From positions 110,051-174,050 of the forward strand of contig JADJOT010000013.1 in the NCBI GenBank assembly GCA_016713625.1: DNA of 64,000 nt, written 5' to 3'. Positions 1 to 8,869 of the stretch are shown piece after piece (positions within the stretch are counted from its first letter, which is position 1; the number at the start of each line of letters is the position of its first letter). The notes under the pieces are model-generated. The model did not search any database and was not told the origin of the DNA. It saw only the letters and a list, made by a program, of their open reading frames with translations. The DNA is from Candidatus Accumulibacter affinis. Lineage in GTDB: Bacteria; Pseudomonadota; Gammaproteobacteria; Burkholderiales; Rhodocyclaceae. The position numbers and the translations under genes were made by a program.

Positions 1-2211
1 CTTGTCGAAGCCTTCCGGCAAACGCGGGTCGTAGCCAGCCCGCAGCAGCAGTTCGATGACGACTTCCGGCAGTGTCGCCTCGTCGGGAGTGTTGGCGCCA
101 AAGATGCGACCGCCGCAAGCCGGGAAATAAACAACCGGATCGCCGGTGCCGGCATCTCTGCGTGGTTTTGGCACTTTGCCGGCCTGTGGCATGCCACGTT
201 TCCAGGTGCCGCCGGAGAGGCGAGCGACGAGGCCTTCGCCAACCACGCTGGAGACGGCATGGCCGATGGACAGCCCTATCCGGGAGGCGGTCGCCACCTT
301 GCCGAAATTGCCTGCGGTCCACTGCGCGACCTGGTGCGAGGGTGCCTTGTTCCCCAGCCCGCGGCCGCGCAGACGGCGCGTCAACTCCCCGGTGTCGATG
401 CCGACCGGGCAGGCGGTGGAGCACAGGCCGCAGCCGGCGCAGGTGTCGAGGCCAAAGTAGGCAAAATCTCTGCCGACGTCGGCCGCCTCTTCGCCGGCGG
501 CGGCGCGGCGCGACAGTTCGCGCCAGCTCACGATGCGCTGACGGGGTGAGAGGGTCAAGCGATGCGACGGGCACAAGGGCTCACAGAAGCCGCACTCGAT
601 GCAGCGGTCGATGATGTCTTCGGCGGCAGGCATTGGCTTGAGGTTTTTCAAGTGTGCCTGCGGGTCGTCGTTGATGATGACGCCGGGGTTCAGCAGGTTG
701 TCCGGGTCGAAGAGCTTCTTGATTCGGCGCATCAGGTCGGTAGCCTGCCGGCCCCATTCCATCTCGACGAAGGGAGCCATGTTGCGGCCTGTGCCGTGCT
801 CGGCCTTGAGCGAACCGTCGTACTTGTCGATGACCAGCTTGCAGACGTCGTCCATGAAGCGGGCGTAGCGCTCTACCTCCGCAGCGTCGGAGAAATCCTG
901 GGTAAACACAAAATGCAGATTGCCTTCGAGCGCATGCCCGAAGATGATTCCTTCGCTGTAGCCATGCTCGCGTAGCAGCGCCTGCAGGTCGAGAGTGGCG
1001 GCGGCCAGGGATTCGATGGGGAAGGCCACGTCCTCGATGATGACCGTGGTGCCGGCTCGGCGCATCGCACCGACCGAAGGGAAGGTACCCTTGCGCACTT
1101 TCCAGTACATTTCACAGGTCGCGGGGTCGGTTGAAAACGTCGGTGTTTCGACCGTGGCGATGCCGTCCAGCGCTGCGAGCGCTGCGTCAATGCGCTGCTG
1201 CAGGAGCACCGCGTTGTCCGCGCGTACTTCGATCAGCAGGGCAGCCGCATCGTCGCCCAGCGTGCGAATGATGGCGGGCAATCCGGGCTTTTCTTCAACC
1301 GAGCGCAGGGCTGCGCGATCGAGCATTTCCACCGCCGACACCGGCTCCTGCTTGAGGCGGATGACGGCTTGGCAGGCGGTCTCGATGGTCGGGAAAAACA
1401 CCAGCGTGCTCGCCTTGAAAGGGTCTTCGACGACGGTGCGGTAGGTGATGCGTGACATGAAGCCCAGCGTTCCCTCCGAGCCGATCAGCAGGTGCGCGAG
1501 AATGTCGATCGGGTCTTCGTAATCGATCAGCGCATTGAGGCTGTAGCCAGTGGTGTTCTTGATCTTGTACTTGTGGCGGATGCGCGCAGCCAGAGTCTCG
1601 TCGGCGCGCGTGGCGGCGCCCATGCTTGCCAGTTCCTCAACCAGGGCGGCATGGCTCTGGCGGAAACTGGCGACGCTGAGCGGGTCCTCGGTGTCGAGTA
1701 ACGTTCCGTCGGCGAATAGCACGCGCAGTCCGGCGAGGGTCCGGTAACTGTTCTGTGCCGTACCACAACACATGCCGGAGGCGTTGTTGGCAGCGATGCC
1801 GCCGATCTTGCAGGCGCTGATCGAGGCCGGGTCGGGGCCGATCTTGCGGCCATGCGGGGCGAGACGGTAATTGACCTCGCCGCCGATGATGCCGGGCCCG
1901 ACACGCACGGTGGTGGCATCTGGCCCGATTTCACAGGTGGCGAAGCCTTCGCCGATGAGCACCAGGATACCGTCGGTCACCGCCTGTCCCGAAAGACTGG
2001 TACCGGCGGCGCGGAAGGTCAGATGAATACCCTGCTGTGCGGCCACCGTCAGCACGTACGCCACGTCGTCTTCGTTCTCGACGACGACCACAACCTGTGG
2101 GATCAGCCGGTAAAAGCTGGCATCGGTGCCCCAGGCCAGCAGACGCAGTTCGTCGGTAATGACGCTCGCGACAGGGAAATACGTGCGCAGGGCAGAAATC
2201 AGTGAGTTCAT
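1..2211 (-). CDS. FAD-linked oxidase fused to Fe-S/Cys-rich (CCG-type) domains, D-lactate dehydrogenase / YdiJ-like. The C-terminal end lies beyond the window edge.
   Basis: Absent from the ORF track because there is no stop in the window. Hand translation of the minus strand from ATG 2211..2209 (GGAGGAGG upstream) gives MNSLISALRTYFPVASVITDELRLLAWGTDASFYRLIPQVVVVVENEDDV...RAAGTSLSGQA. An in-frame LLIGSEGTLGF motif lies near 1470. The Cys clusters CAGCGLCSTACP (near 430) and YFPACGGR (near 110) follow. The frame was spot-checked at three places, not codon by codon. Confidence 0.8.
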   Translation of the reverse strand, partial: MNSLISALRTYFPVASVITDELRLLAWGTDASFYRLIPQVVVVVENEDDVAYVLTVAAQQGIHLTFRAAGTSLSGQAVTDGILVLIGEGFATCEIGPDATTVRVGPGIIGGEVNYRLAPHGRKIGPDPASISACKIGGIAANNASGMCCGTAQNSYRTLAGLRVLFADGTLLDTEDPLSVASFRQSHAALVEELASMGAATRADETLAARIRHKYKIKNTTGYSLNALIDYEDPIDILAHLLIGSEGTLGFMSRITYRTVVEDPFKASTLVFFPTIETACQAVIRLKQEPVSAVEMLDRAALRSVEEKPGLPAIIRTLGDDAAALLIEVRADNAVLLQQRIDAALAALDGIATVETPTFSTDPATCEMYWKVRKGTFPSVGAMRRAGTTVIIEDVAFPIESLAAATLDLQALLREHGYSEGIIFGHALEGNLHFVFTQDFSDAAEVERYARFMDDVCKLVIDKYDGSLKAEHGTGRNMAPFVEMEWGRQATDLMRRIKKLFDPDNLLNPGVIINDDPQAHLKNLKPMPAAEDIIDRCIECGFCEPLCPSHRLTLSPRQRIVSWRELSRRAAAGEEAADVGRDFAYFGLDTCAGCGLCSTACPVGIDTGELTRRLRGRGLGNKAPSHQVAQWTAGNFGKVATASRIGLSIGHAVSSVVGEGLVARLSGGTWKRGMPQAGKVPKPRRDAGTGDPVVYFPACGGRIFGANTPDEATLPEVVIELLLRAGYDPRLPEGFDK

Positions 2212-2351
2212 TCTTCGCCTCCTCCTCCAGAGATCCGACGGCTGGTTGGGCCCCGTCCTGGCTGCGCCGGCGGGGTATTCATCTTATGGTAATACGTTGC
2301 ACTTAGCGAAACCACTGGCGCGAAGAATAATCAGAGATAAAATTGAGCGGA

Positions 2352-2368
2352 AATTGGTAGTACCAATT
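2352..2368. promoter_or_regulatory. Perfect palindrome AATTGGTAGTACCAATT, a PdhR/LldR-type (FadR-subfamily GntR) operator in the divergent promoter region.
   Basis: The sequence reads ATTGGT-N3-ACCAAT with extended arms. It lies between the divergent dehydrogenase gene and the GntR gene. Confidence 0.6.
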
Positions 2369-2411
2369 ATTTTTTCAGCGCCAGGCAGGTTTGGGAGGAA
2401 GCTCCCGGAGG

Positions 2412-3134
2412 ATGGCTATGGCATCGCACAGCGTTGCGGAACAGACCCGACGGGCACTTGAAGTGCACCTGTTGGATGGTTCCTGGCCGGTCGGCACGCG
2501 TTTACCGGCCGAACGGGTCCTGGCGGAAACGATGGGTGTTTCGCGGAACTCGGTGCGTGAAGCGATTTTTTGCCTGAAGGACCGTGGCCTGCTGTTCAGC
2601 AAGCATGGCAGCGGCGTTTTCGTCAGTGATCGCCTGCAAACGGCAATTTCGTCGCCGTGGCGGCAGCTGGTGGCCGAACATCCGGATTTGCGTTGGGATA
2701 CGCTGGAGTTTCGCCGCGAACTGGAGGGGGCGACCGCGTATTACGCCGCGCTACGTGCTAACGCGAGCGATTTGGAAAAGATCGAAGGCATCGTCAAGCG
2801 CCTGACCGCAGCCTACGACACGGGCGAAAAGGAGGAAGAATACCGTGCTGACGCCGACTTCCACGCGGCCATCGCCGAAGCCTCGCACAACAGCATGTTT
2901 CTTTACCTGCACTCAGGCATCGTACGCATGCTGCGCGAACACATCTGCCTCAATCTGATGGCCATGGAAGATCCGACCGGAGCCGTTACCGGACACCTTC
3001 GCCAGCAACATCTGGGCATCTGGGACGCCATCCGCGCGCAGCACCCGGACGAGGCGAGGCAGGCAATGCTCGCCCACATCGACTTTACGTGGTCGGAACT
3101 GGCGCGGCGGGAAGAGCGAAGGGCCAGCCAGTAG
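2412..3134 (+). CDS. GntR/FadR-family transcriptional regulator (winged HTH plus FCD domain), LldR/PdhR-like.
   Basis: ORF 2391..3134. The N-terminal HTH reads LPAERVLAETMGVSRNSVREAIFCLKDRGLLFSKHGSGVFV, and the C-terminal helical FCD-like region contains DFHAAIAEASHN. ATG codons at 2412 and 2418 follow GGAGG, and 2391 is a TTG. Confidence 0.85.
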   Translation: MAMASHSVAEQTRRALEVHLLDGSWPVGTRLPAERVLAETMGVSRNSVREAIFCLKDRGLLFSKHGSGVFVSDRLQTAISSPWRQLVAEHPDLRWDTLEFRRELEGATAYYAALRANASDLEKIEGIVKRLTAAYDTGEKEEEYRADADFHAAIAEASHNSMFLYLHSGIVRMLREHICLNLMAMEDPTGAVTGHLRQQHLGIWDAIRAQHPDEARQAMLAHIDFTWSELARREERRASQ

Positions 3135-3152
3135 GCAGCCCCCGCTATTGGA

Positions 3153-3341
3153 TCAAGGAAGGTTGATGAAGGTGGCCGGGTAGGCGGCCGGGTTGGTGAC
3201 CGTGCTCTGCGCTGGCTCGCCAAGGCCGGCGAAAAGCTGTTGCAAGCCTCGCCACGCGGCAAGAATGACCGAGCCGGGGGCGTCGTATGATTTCTGCTCG
3301 CTGTTAGCGTCAGCTACGGTAAGGATATCGGGATGGTTCAT
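3153..3341 (-). CDS. Hypothetical small protein (62 aa).
   Basis: The internal ATG at 3341 of ORF 3153..3434 is preceded by AGGAAG. The protein begins MNHPDILTVADANSEQKSYD... and I recognise no domain in it. Confidence 0.3.
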   Translation of the reverse strand: MNHPDILTVADANSEQKSYDAPGSVILAAWRGLQQLFAGLGEPAQSTVTNPAAYPATFINLP

Positions 3342-3612
3342 GGCGTCGCTTCCTTGCGCTTGAAATTGCCCTTCGTGAGGGAATGTCGCCACCATATAGA
3401 GCAGCTTGCCGCGCGGCAAACGATCGATTCTCATGCGATGCCCAAGAAAAACTCATCCATCCCTCAGCGGCCTCCCACCCGCGTCAAATGGCCAATCCCG
3501 CATACTCGCCTGCTAGCTGCGGGTCGTCGAAGCTGGCTGCCGGTGTTCGGTACTGCCGCCGGCCGTACCCGGAATGCTCGCGCAGGAACTGTGGAGGTTT
3601 GCCGCGCGACAC

Positions 3613-4857
3613 TTACAGATAGCGAAACACCACCCCATCAGCCCGCGTGTCGGTGCCTTGGCCTCTGGGCACCACTACGATGCCCGAATCGGTGACCGGA
3701 AAGCGTTGGCGGTCAGCGTCCGTATCGTAACCGATGCGGTCACCCGCCTCGATTGTGTTGTAACGGTCAACGATAACGCGCTTGAGCCGCACTCCTCTGC
3801 GCAGAACTGCGTAATCCATGACGATGCACTCATCAAGTTCGACATCCTCCTCGATAAGCACTTCGCTGCGAACGATCGAATTGCGGACTCGAGCACCCTG
3901 GATCAGCCCGCCGGAACTGATGATGCTGTTGTCGATCTCGGCGTGGATGAACTTCGGCGACGGGCCTTGATAGTTGCTGGAGCCGATCCGCCACTTCGGA
4001 TTGAACATGTCAAACTTCGGTTGGCTACCTAGGAGGTCCTGGTGGGCGGAGAAATAGGCATCGATCGTTCCAACGTCGCGCCAGTACGCCGGTTCCTCAT
4101 AGTCGCGTACGCCCGGGATTCGGTTGCCACAGAAATCGTACGCAAACACCCGCTGAGTCTGGATGAGCCGTGGCAGGAGGTCCTTGCCGAAATCCTTCTC
4201 GCCCCGCCGGTGACTCTCGCGCAGCGCTTTGACCAGGACATCGGTACTGAAAATGTAGTTCCCCATCGAGGCGTAGGCGCGTGTTGGATCGTGCGCCATC
4301 GGCGCCGGGTCGACGGGCTTCTCGCGGAAACCGCGGATCACCCCGTCGGCAGCGGCGTCGATGATGCCGAATGCCGAGGCCATAGCGATCGGCACCGGCA
4401 GCGCCGCGACGGTCACGTCGGCGCTGCGACTCAAGTGAAAGGCGACCATCTGGCGAATATCCATTCGGTAGATGTGGTCGGCACCAAACACCACCACGAG
4501 GTCCGGTGCCTGCCTCTCGATGAGCCGCAGGTTCTGATAGACGGCATCGGCAGTCCCCTGGAACCACTCGGGGCCTTCGCGCATCTGCGGCGGAACCACG
4601 GTGATGAACTGCTCGGGAAAGATTGGCGCCAGGCCCCAGGAACGTCGGATGTGCTCAATCAGCGACTGCGACTTGTACTGGACCAGGAGATAAATGGCGA
4701 CGATCTTCGAATTGACCAGGTTGGAGAGCACGAAGTCGACGATGCGGAAGCGGCCGCCAAAGGGAACCGAGGGCTTGGATCGATGGCCGGTAAGTGGATG
4801 CAGACGGGAGCCTTCGCCACCTGCAAGGACTACGGCCAGAATATTCGGCGTATCCAA
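3613..4857 (-). CDS. glgC: Glucose-1-phosphate adenylyltransferase.
   Basis: 414 aa. LAVVLAGGEGSRLHPLTGHRSKPSVPFGGRFRIVDFVLSNLVNS is the GlgC N-terminal signature. A left-handed beta-helix-type C-terminus follows. Confidence 0.95.
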   Translation of the reverse strand: MDTPNILAVVLAGGEGSRLHPLTGHRSKPSVPFGGRFRIVDFVLSNLVNSKIVAIYLLVQYKSQSLIEHIRRSWGLAPIFPEQFITVVPPQMREGPEWFQGTADAVYQNLRLIERQAPDLVVVFGADHIYRMDIRQMVAFHLSRSADVTVAALPVPIAMASAFGIIDAAADGVIRGFREKPVDPAPMAHDPTRAYASMGNYIFSTDVLVKALRESHRRGEKDFGKDLLPRLIQTQRVFAYDFCGNRIPGVRDYEEPAYWRDVGTIDAYFSAHQDLLGSQPKFDMFNPKWRIGSSNYQGPSPKFIHAEIDNSIISSGGLIQGARVRNSIVRSEVLIEEDVELDECIVMDYAVLRRGVRLKRVIVDRYNTIEAGDRIGYDTDADRQRFPVTDSGIVVVPRGQGTDTRADGVVFRYL

Positions 4858-5187
4858 TGTTTCCTCTACTCGATCTGATCCGGAAAAAGACCTGAGTCCG
4901 TGCCCTTATCCCGGATGATGGAAGAAGTTCGTGCTGCTTACACGACAGGCCACCCTCCCGCAAGCGAGCGAGTGGAGGTTCGCCACTTGCTGAAGCCACG
5001 TCCAGTTTAGCACATGCTTACGGGCGTGCAGTACGCACGTGGCGTCATCGCGCGCGGCGTGAACCCGCTGTGCATCGTGAATCCGGCGGGGTTGATCGGA
5101 TAGGGACTCTCCATCACCTTTGCTCCCGGCAGCTATTCTGGAACCTGCGCCGAGAGCAGGACGAGGGGGCGCACACGGTCGCGGCCA

Positions 5188-5712
5188 TCAGGCTCGCGCA
5201 GGGCCTGCGGAACTGGCAGAGTCCGAATGCTCGCAGAGACTTCGCAGCTGATCGCGGTCGACTCGCCACAGGTCTGGCGTTTCCTGCCAGCAGCGCCGCT
5301 CCGCACTGGACATTGCGTAGTGCTGGCTTTCTTCGGCGCTTTGCTGCAGGAAGGCACCGAGGGTACGTCGCAGATGGCTCGGAACGGGTGGCATGCTGCC
5401 GTAGAAGAGCACCCATTTCTTACGCTTGATGATCAGAGTCGGGAAGTTCTCGACCTCGAGATCGCCGAGTTCCTCGGCGTGCACCTCGATATCGAGCCAG
5501 TAGAATCCGGCCGCCGGGAACTGAGCGGCCAATTCCTCGAAGCCGCTTCGGTATTCCCGGCAAACACCGCACCATTCGGCACATAGACAGACGACCAGAA
5601 ACTCTCCGACGATGGCAGAGGGCCACGCCGGCGCCGGGGATTGCTGGTGCGGAGTCAGGTCCATGACACGGCTGCCCGGGTAGCCGCGATGGTGGATCCC
5701 CTCGGACACCAT
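5188..5712 (-). CDS. Thioredoxin-fold protein (WCGVC active site) with a C-terminal extension.
   Basis: Contains LVVCLCAEWCGVCREY and FPTLII, which are thioredoxin-like motifs. An alternative ATG lies at 5664. The gene starts 25 nt downstream of the REC-repeat gene stop. Confidence 0.7.
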   Translation of the reverse strand: MVSEGIHHRGYPGSRVMDLTPHQQSPAPAWPSAIVGEFLVVCLCAEWCGVCREYRSGFEELAAQFPAAGFYWLDIEVHAEELGDLEVENFPTLIIKRKKWVLFYGSMPPVPSHLRRTLGAFLQQSAEESQHYAMSSAERRCWQETPDLWRVDRDQLRSLCEHSDSASSAGPARA

Positions 5713-5737
5713 CCAGGTCGCTGCTGTCCGTCAGTCA

Positions 5738-7156
5738 TCAAGCACCAGCCTGTCCACGCATGAGTTGCTGAATGTGCCCGATGAGTTGCTCTTCGGGATA
5801 AGGCTTGCCGAGTACCACGTTGACTCCGGCGGCAACCGCTTCCGCACGCAATTGCTCACTGTCGGAAGTGACCATGATGATCGGGACGTTTGCGGTGTGC
5901 GGGTTGCCGCGTACCTGACGCGCCAGATCCAGTCCATTCATGCCCGGCATGTCCACGTCGGTAACCAGCAGGTCGGGCGCCGAACTCTCGATTTGCCGCG
6001 CCGCATCCAGGCCGTCTTCGGCCGTTACCACCTGATACCGGTGCGCGGCAAGGAGTCGGCCGGTCTTCACTCGTACGACCTTTGAATCGTCGGCCACCAT
6101 TACCACGGTCTGCTCCACGGTCTTGGCCGGCAACGCCAGCTTTCGCGTAACTTCGGCGAGTGCTCGACGCTGGGCTTCCTCGGCAGCCTGGCGTGCGGTC
6201 TCCCGCTCGATCGCTGCTTCAACGGCCTGGCGTTCGTCCTCCTCCTGACGAAGAGCTTCCTCCACCACCAGGCGGTCAGCCTCGCGCCGTGCGGCTTCCG
6301 CAGCGGCCTTGCGTTCAGCTTCGCGATGAGCGGCCTCCTCGGCTTCCTTGCGATCCGCTTCGCGACGAGCGGCTACCTCGGCCGCCTGGCGCTCCGTTTC
6401 CCGACGAGCGGCGACTTCAGCTGCCTGGCGCTCTGCTGCCCGACGAGCGGCGACCTCGGCTGCCTGGCGCTCCGCTTCCCGACGAGCGGCGACCTCGGCT
6501 GCCTGGCGCTCTGCTGCCCGACGAGCGGCGACTTCGGCTGCCTGATGCTCGGCTTCACGACGAGCGGCTACCTCGACCGCCCGGCGCTCCGCTTCCGCGC
6601 GTGCCGCTTCTTCGGCGGTCTTGCGCTCGGCTTCGCGACGAGCGGCGGCCTCGGCCCCTTGGCGCTCCGCTTCACGACGAGCGGCGACTTCGGCTGCCTG
6701 ATGTTCGGCTTCACGACGAGCGGCTACCTCGACCGCCCGGCGCTCCGCTTCCGCACGTGCCGCTTCTTCGGCGGTCTTGCGCTCGGCTTCGCGACGAGCG
6801 GCGGCCTCGGCCGTCTGACGTTCGGCTTCGCGGCGAGCGGCTAGCTCAGCCGCCTGGCGCTCCGCTTCACGATGCGCGGCTGCCTCGGCCGCCTTACGTT
6901 CGGCTTCGTGACGAGCGGCTTCCTCGGCGTTCTTGCGCTCCGCTTCACGATGCGCAGCGTCCTCGGCGGCTTGGCGTTCAGCTTCGCGGCGCGCGGCGAC
7001 CTCGGCGGCCTGACGGGTGGCCTCGGCGAGAAGCCGCTCACTCGTGTCTCGATCCTGCCGTTTGGCGGTCGATCGGCGAAGTTTGAAGAAATGCCGCGCC
7101 AGGATAGCCGCCAGCACACCCGCTGCGATCAACAACAAAATCTCAATGATTGACAT
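5738..7156 (-). CDS. Membrane-anchored response-regulator receiver (REC) protein with a long Ala/Glu/Arg tandem-repeat helical spacer.
   Basis: The track ORF 5738..7954 is over-extended. The real start is ATG 7156 (GAAGGA upstream), giving [28 protein letters not shown]: a TM helix followed by a positive flank. About 20 repeats of the type [13 protein letters not shown] follow. The C-terminal REC domain reads [11 protein letters not shown]...[13 protein letters not shown]...IIMVTSD...VLGKPY, so the acidic pocket, phospho-Asp, Thr and Lys are all present. Confidence 0.85.
   Translation of the reverse strand: MSIIEILLLIAAGVLAAILARHFFKLRRSTAKRQDRDTSERLLAEATRQAAEVAARREAERQAAEDAAHREAERKNAEEAARHEAERKAAEAAAHREAERQAAELAARREAERQTAEAAARREAERKTAEEAARAEAERRAVEVAARREAEHQAAEVAARREAERQGAEAAARREAERKTAEEAARAEAERRAVEVAARREAEHQAAEVAARRAAERQAAEVAARREAERQAAEVAARRAAERQAAEVAARRETERQAAEVAARREADRKEAEEAAHREAERKAAAEAARREADRLVVEEALRQEEDERQAVEAAIERETARQAAEEAQRRALAEVTRKLALPAKTVEQTVVMVADDSKVVRVKTGRLLAAHRYQVVTAEDGLDAARQIESSAPDLLVTDVDMPGMNGLDLARQVRGNPHTANVPIIMVTSDSEQLRAEAVAAGVNVVLGKPYPEEQLIGHIQQLMRGQAGA
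6180..6997 (-). repeat. In-frame 39-bp (13-aa) tandem repeat array, about 20 copies, with a higher-order 156-bp duplication at 6521..6676 and 6677..6832.
   Basis: Hand parsing of the protein gives [13 protein letters not shown] / [13 protein letters not shown] / [13 protein letters not shown] and so on. The two 156-bp units differ at 2 of their first 136 nt by hand alignment. Confidence 0.85.
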
Positions 7157-7571
7157 GGAAGGTCCTTCGCTCTGACGATCAGTTATCACCCTCGGAACCT
7201 GCCGAAGCAAACCCGGCCTCTGTCCCAACCATTGGCCGATGCAGCAGCCCAACTCGTAGCCACATGATAAAACGAATAACCAGGCGATTGGGTGATCGCT
7301 TCGTCGCGATGCTGCCCTGGCGTCGGTGCAAATAACGATCGAACAGCGACGGGCTGCCCGTCCGGGCCGGGCCACGACCGTCCGTCTGGAGAGCATGGTC
7401 CAGCCACCCACGCCCCCAACCAACAGGTCCTTGCGCAGGCCGACAAGGTCGCCGGCTCGACGCTCGCAGCCCGCCAGCCGGGTTTGCCAAGAAAGGGAGG
7501 AAAGCGTTCTCGGTCGACAAGCTCGCATAGCGGTCAGGCGCGGAAACTGAGAGAATCCGCCTTCGGGAACG

Positions 7572-7608
7572 CTGCGGGCCAATCGGAAGAGTCCAGATTG
7601 GCCCGCAG
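7572..7608. other. Perfect 12-bp-stem hairpin (CTGCGGGCCAAT-N13-ATTGGCCCGCAG) in a 544-bp gene-less region upstream of ribBA.
   Basis: The inverted repeat was read directly from the sequence. There is no flanking U-tract on either strand. Confidence 0.4.
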
Positions 7609-7700
7609 CGACACCACGGAACATCAGGATTCGCAGCGACTCCTGAACAACATGCTGTTCGCTGGCCCGGCAGACGGGTGCGGCGACAGAGGAGGCAGGA

Positions 7701-8834
7701 ATGGCACCACAAAGCACTTCTGGCGACGTCGCGCCGATCGAAGAGATCATTGTCGAAATGCGGGCCGGGCGCATGGTTGTCCTGGTAGACGAGGAAGACC
7801 GGGAAAACGAGGGCGATCTGATCCTGGCTGCCGAGCATGTAAGTCCCGAGGCGATCAACTTCATGGCGCGCTTTGGCCGCGGCCTGATCTGCCTGACTCT
7901 GACCGAGGCACGCTGCCGGCAACTCGGCCTGACGCAGATGGCGCGCGACAACAAGAGCCCCTACAGCACCGCTTTCACGGTCTCGATCGAAGCAGCCGAA
8001 GGGGTGACCACCGGCATCTCGGCGCAAGACCGCGCGCTGACCATCGCGGCGGCAGTGGCCAGAAACGCCCGGCCTGACGACATCGTGCAGCCAGGCCATG
8101 TCTTCCCGATCATGGCTCGCCCCGGTGGCGTCCTGGTACGTGCCGGCCACACCGAAGCCGGCTGCGACCTGGCGCTGCTGGCCGGACTCGAACCGGCGGC
8201 GGTGATCTGCGAAATTCTCAAGGAAGACGGCAGCATGGCGCGTCTGAGCGACCTGGTCGAGTTCGCCCGTGAGCATGGCCTCAAGATCGGCACCATCGCC
8301 GATCTGATTCACTACCGCAGTCGGCACGAAACGCTGGTCGAGCGCACGCTGTCCAAAACGGTGCAGTCCGAACACGGCGAGCTCACCCTGCACGCGTACA
8401 CCGACTGCACCTCGAATGAAGTGCACCTGGTCCTCACCAAGGGCGAGATCCGCCCGGACCGGGAGACGCTGGTGCGCGTACACGAACCGCTCTCGGTCGT
8501 CGACTTCCTCGATCCTGGCGGTGGTCGGCATACTTTCCCACTCAGCGTCGCCCAGGCAGCACTGGCGCGCGTGGAGGCCGGCGTGATCGTTCTCCTGCAC
8601 CGCCCCGAAAGCGGCCAGGACCTGCTGGCCATCCTGCGTGAGCCGGTCGCCACCAAACGTCCGGCCACGCGCTGGGATCCCCGCATCTACGGCATCGGCG
8701 CGCAAATCCTGCGCGACCTCGGGGTCGGGAAAATGAAACTTCTCTCGAGCCCGCGCCGGATGCCCAGCATGACCGGTTTCGATCTCGAAGTGACCGGCCA
8801 TATCGCCACGCCGGCAGACCTTGAAAGGCTCTGA
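7701..8834 (+). CDS. ribBA: 3,4-dihydroxy-2-butanone-4-phosphate synthase fused to a degenerate GTP-cyclohydrolase-II-like domain (RibBX-type).
   Basis: The N-terminal DHBP synthase region reads [40 protein letters not shown]. The C-terminal half aligns to RibA, but [18 protein letters not shown] lacks the Zn-binding Cys residues of RVHSECLTGD...RCDCG. Confidence 0.9.
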   Translation: MAPQSTSGDVAPIEEIIVEMRAGRMVVLVDEEDRENEGDLILAAEHVSPEAINFMARFGRGLICLTLTEARCRQLGLTQMARDNKSPYSTAFTVSIEAAEGVTTGISAQDRALTIAAAVARNARPDDIVQPGHVFPIMARPGGVLVRAGHTEAGCDLALLAGLEPAAVICEILKEDGSMARLSDLVEFAREHGLKIGTIADLIHYRSRHETLVERTLSKTVQSEHGELTLHAYTDCTSNEVHLVLTKGEIRPDRETLVRVHEPLSVVDFLDPGGGRHTFPLSVAQAALARVEAGVIVLLHRPESGQDLLAILREPVATKRPATRWDPRIYGIGAQILRDLGVGKMKLLSSPRRMPSMTGFDLEVTGHIATPADLERL

Positions 8835-8869
8835 TGGGCACCCCGAACCAACTTGCAGGCACTCCTCAC

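Noticed and set aside
4858-5187. The 330-bp spacer upstream of glgC, with overlapping ORFs 5070..5429, 5114..5416 and 5133..5357.
   Set aside because: The translations are Arg/Ala-rich with no motifs, and they overlap the 3' end of the thioredoxin-like gene. I saw no strong structure or repeat. The spacer is treated as the glgC promoter/leader region.
6180-6997. The regular 39-bp periodicity could be mistaken for a CRISPR array.
   Set aside because: There are no unique spacers between the repeats. The units are contiguous, in-frame and translate into a coherent helical repeat inside a gene with a TM anchor and a REC domain.
6160-7086. A 308-aa Pro/Arg/Leu-rich plus-strand ORF, together with several nested ORFs at 6326..6844 and 6348..6545.
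   Set aside because: These are antisense to the 13-aa repeat array of the REC protein. The periodic, low-complexity translation simply mirrors the coding repeats on the other strand. There is no RBS and no domain content.
7450-7700. An FMN (RFN) riboswitch might be expected upstream of ribBA.
   Set aside because: I could not find the conserved core elements (GGGCGGGGTGAAATTCCC, AGCCCGCGAGC, GCCGACAGT..GGATGGGAGA). An Infernal scan would settle it.
5738-7954. The 738-aa version of the REC-protein ORF, and similar long N-terminal extensions at 47568..48689, 57476..58687, 20478..21800, 21695..22507, 38301..39188 and 14064..15683.
   Set aside because: The upstream parts are Arg/Ser/Pro-rich with no domain content. 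Internal ATGs with good Shine-Dalgarno sequences coincide with signal peptides, TM helices or the conserved N-termini of the respective families.
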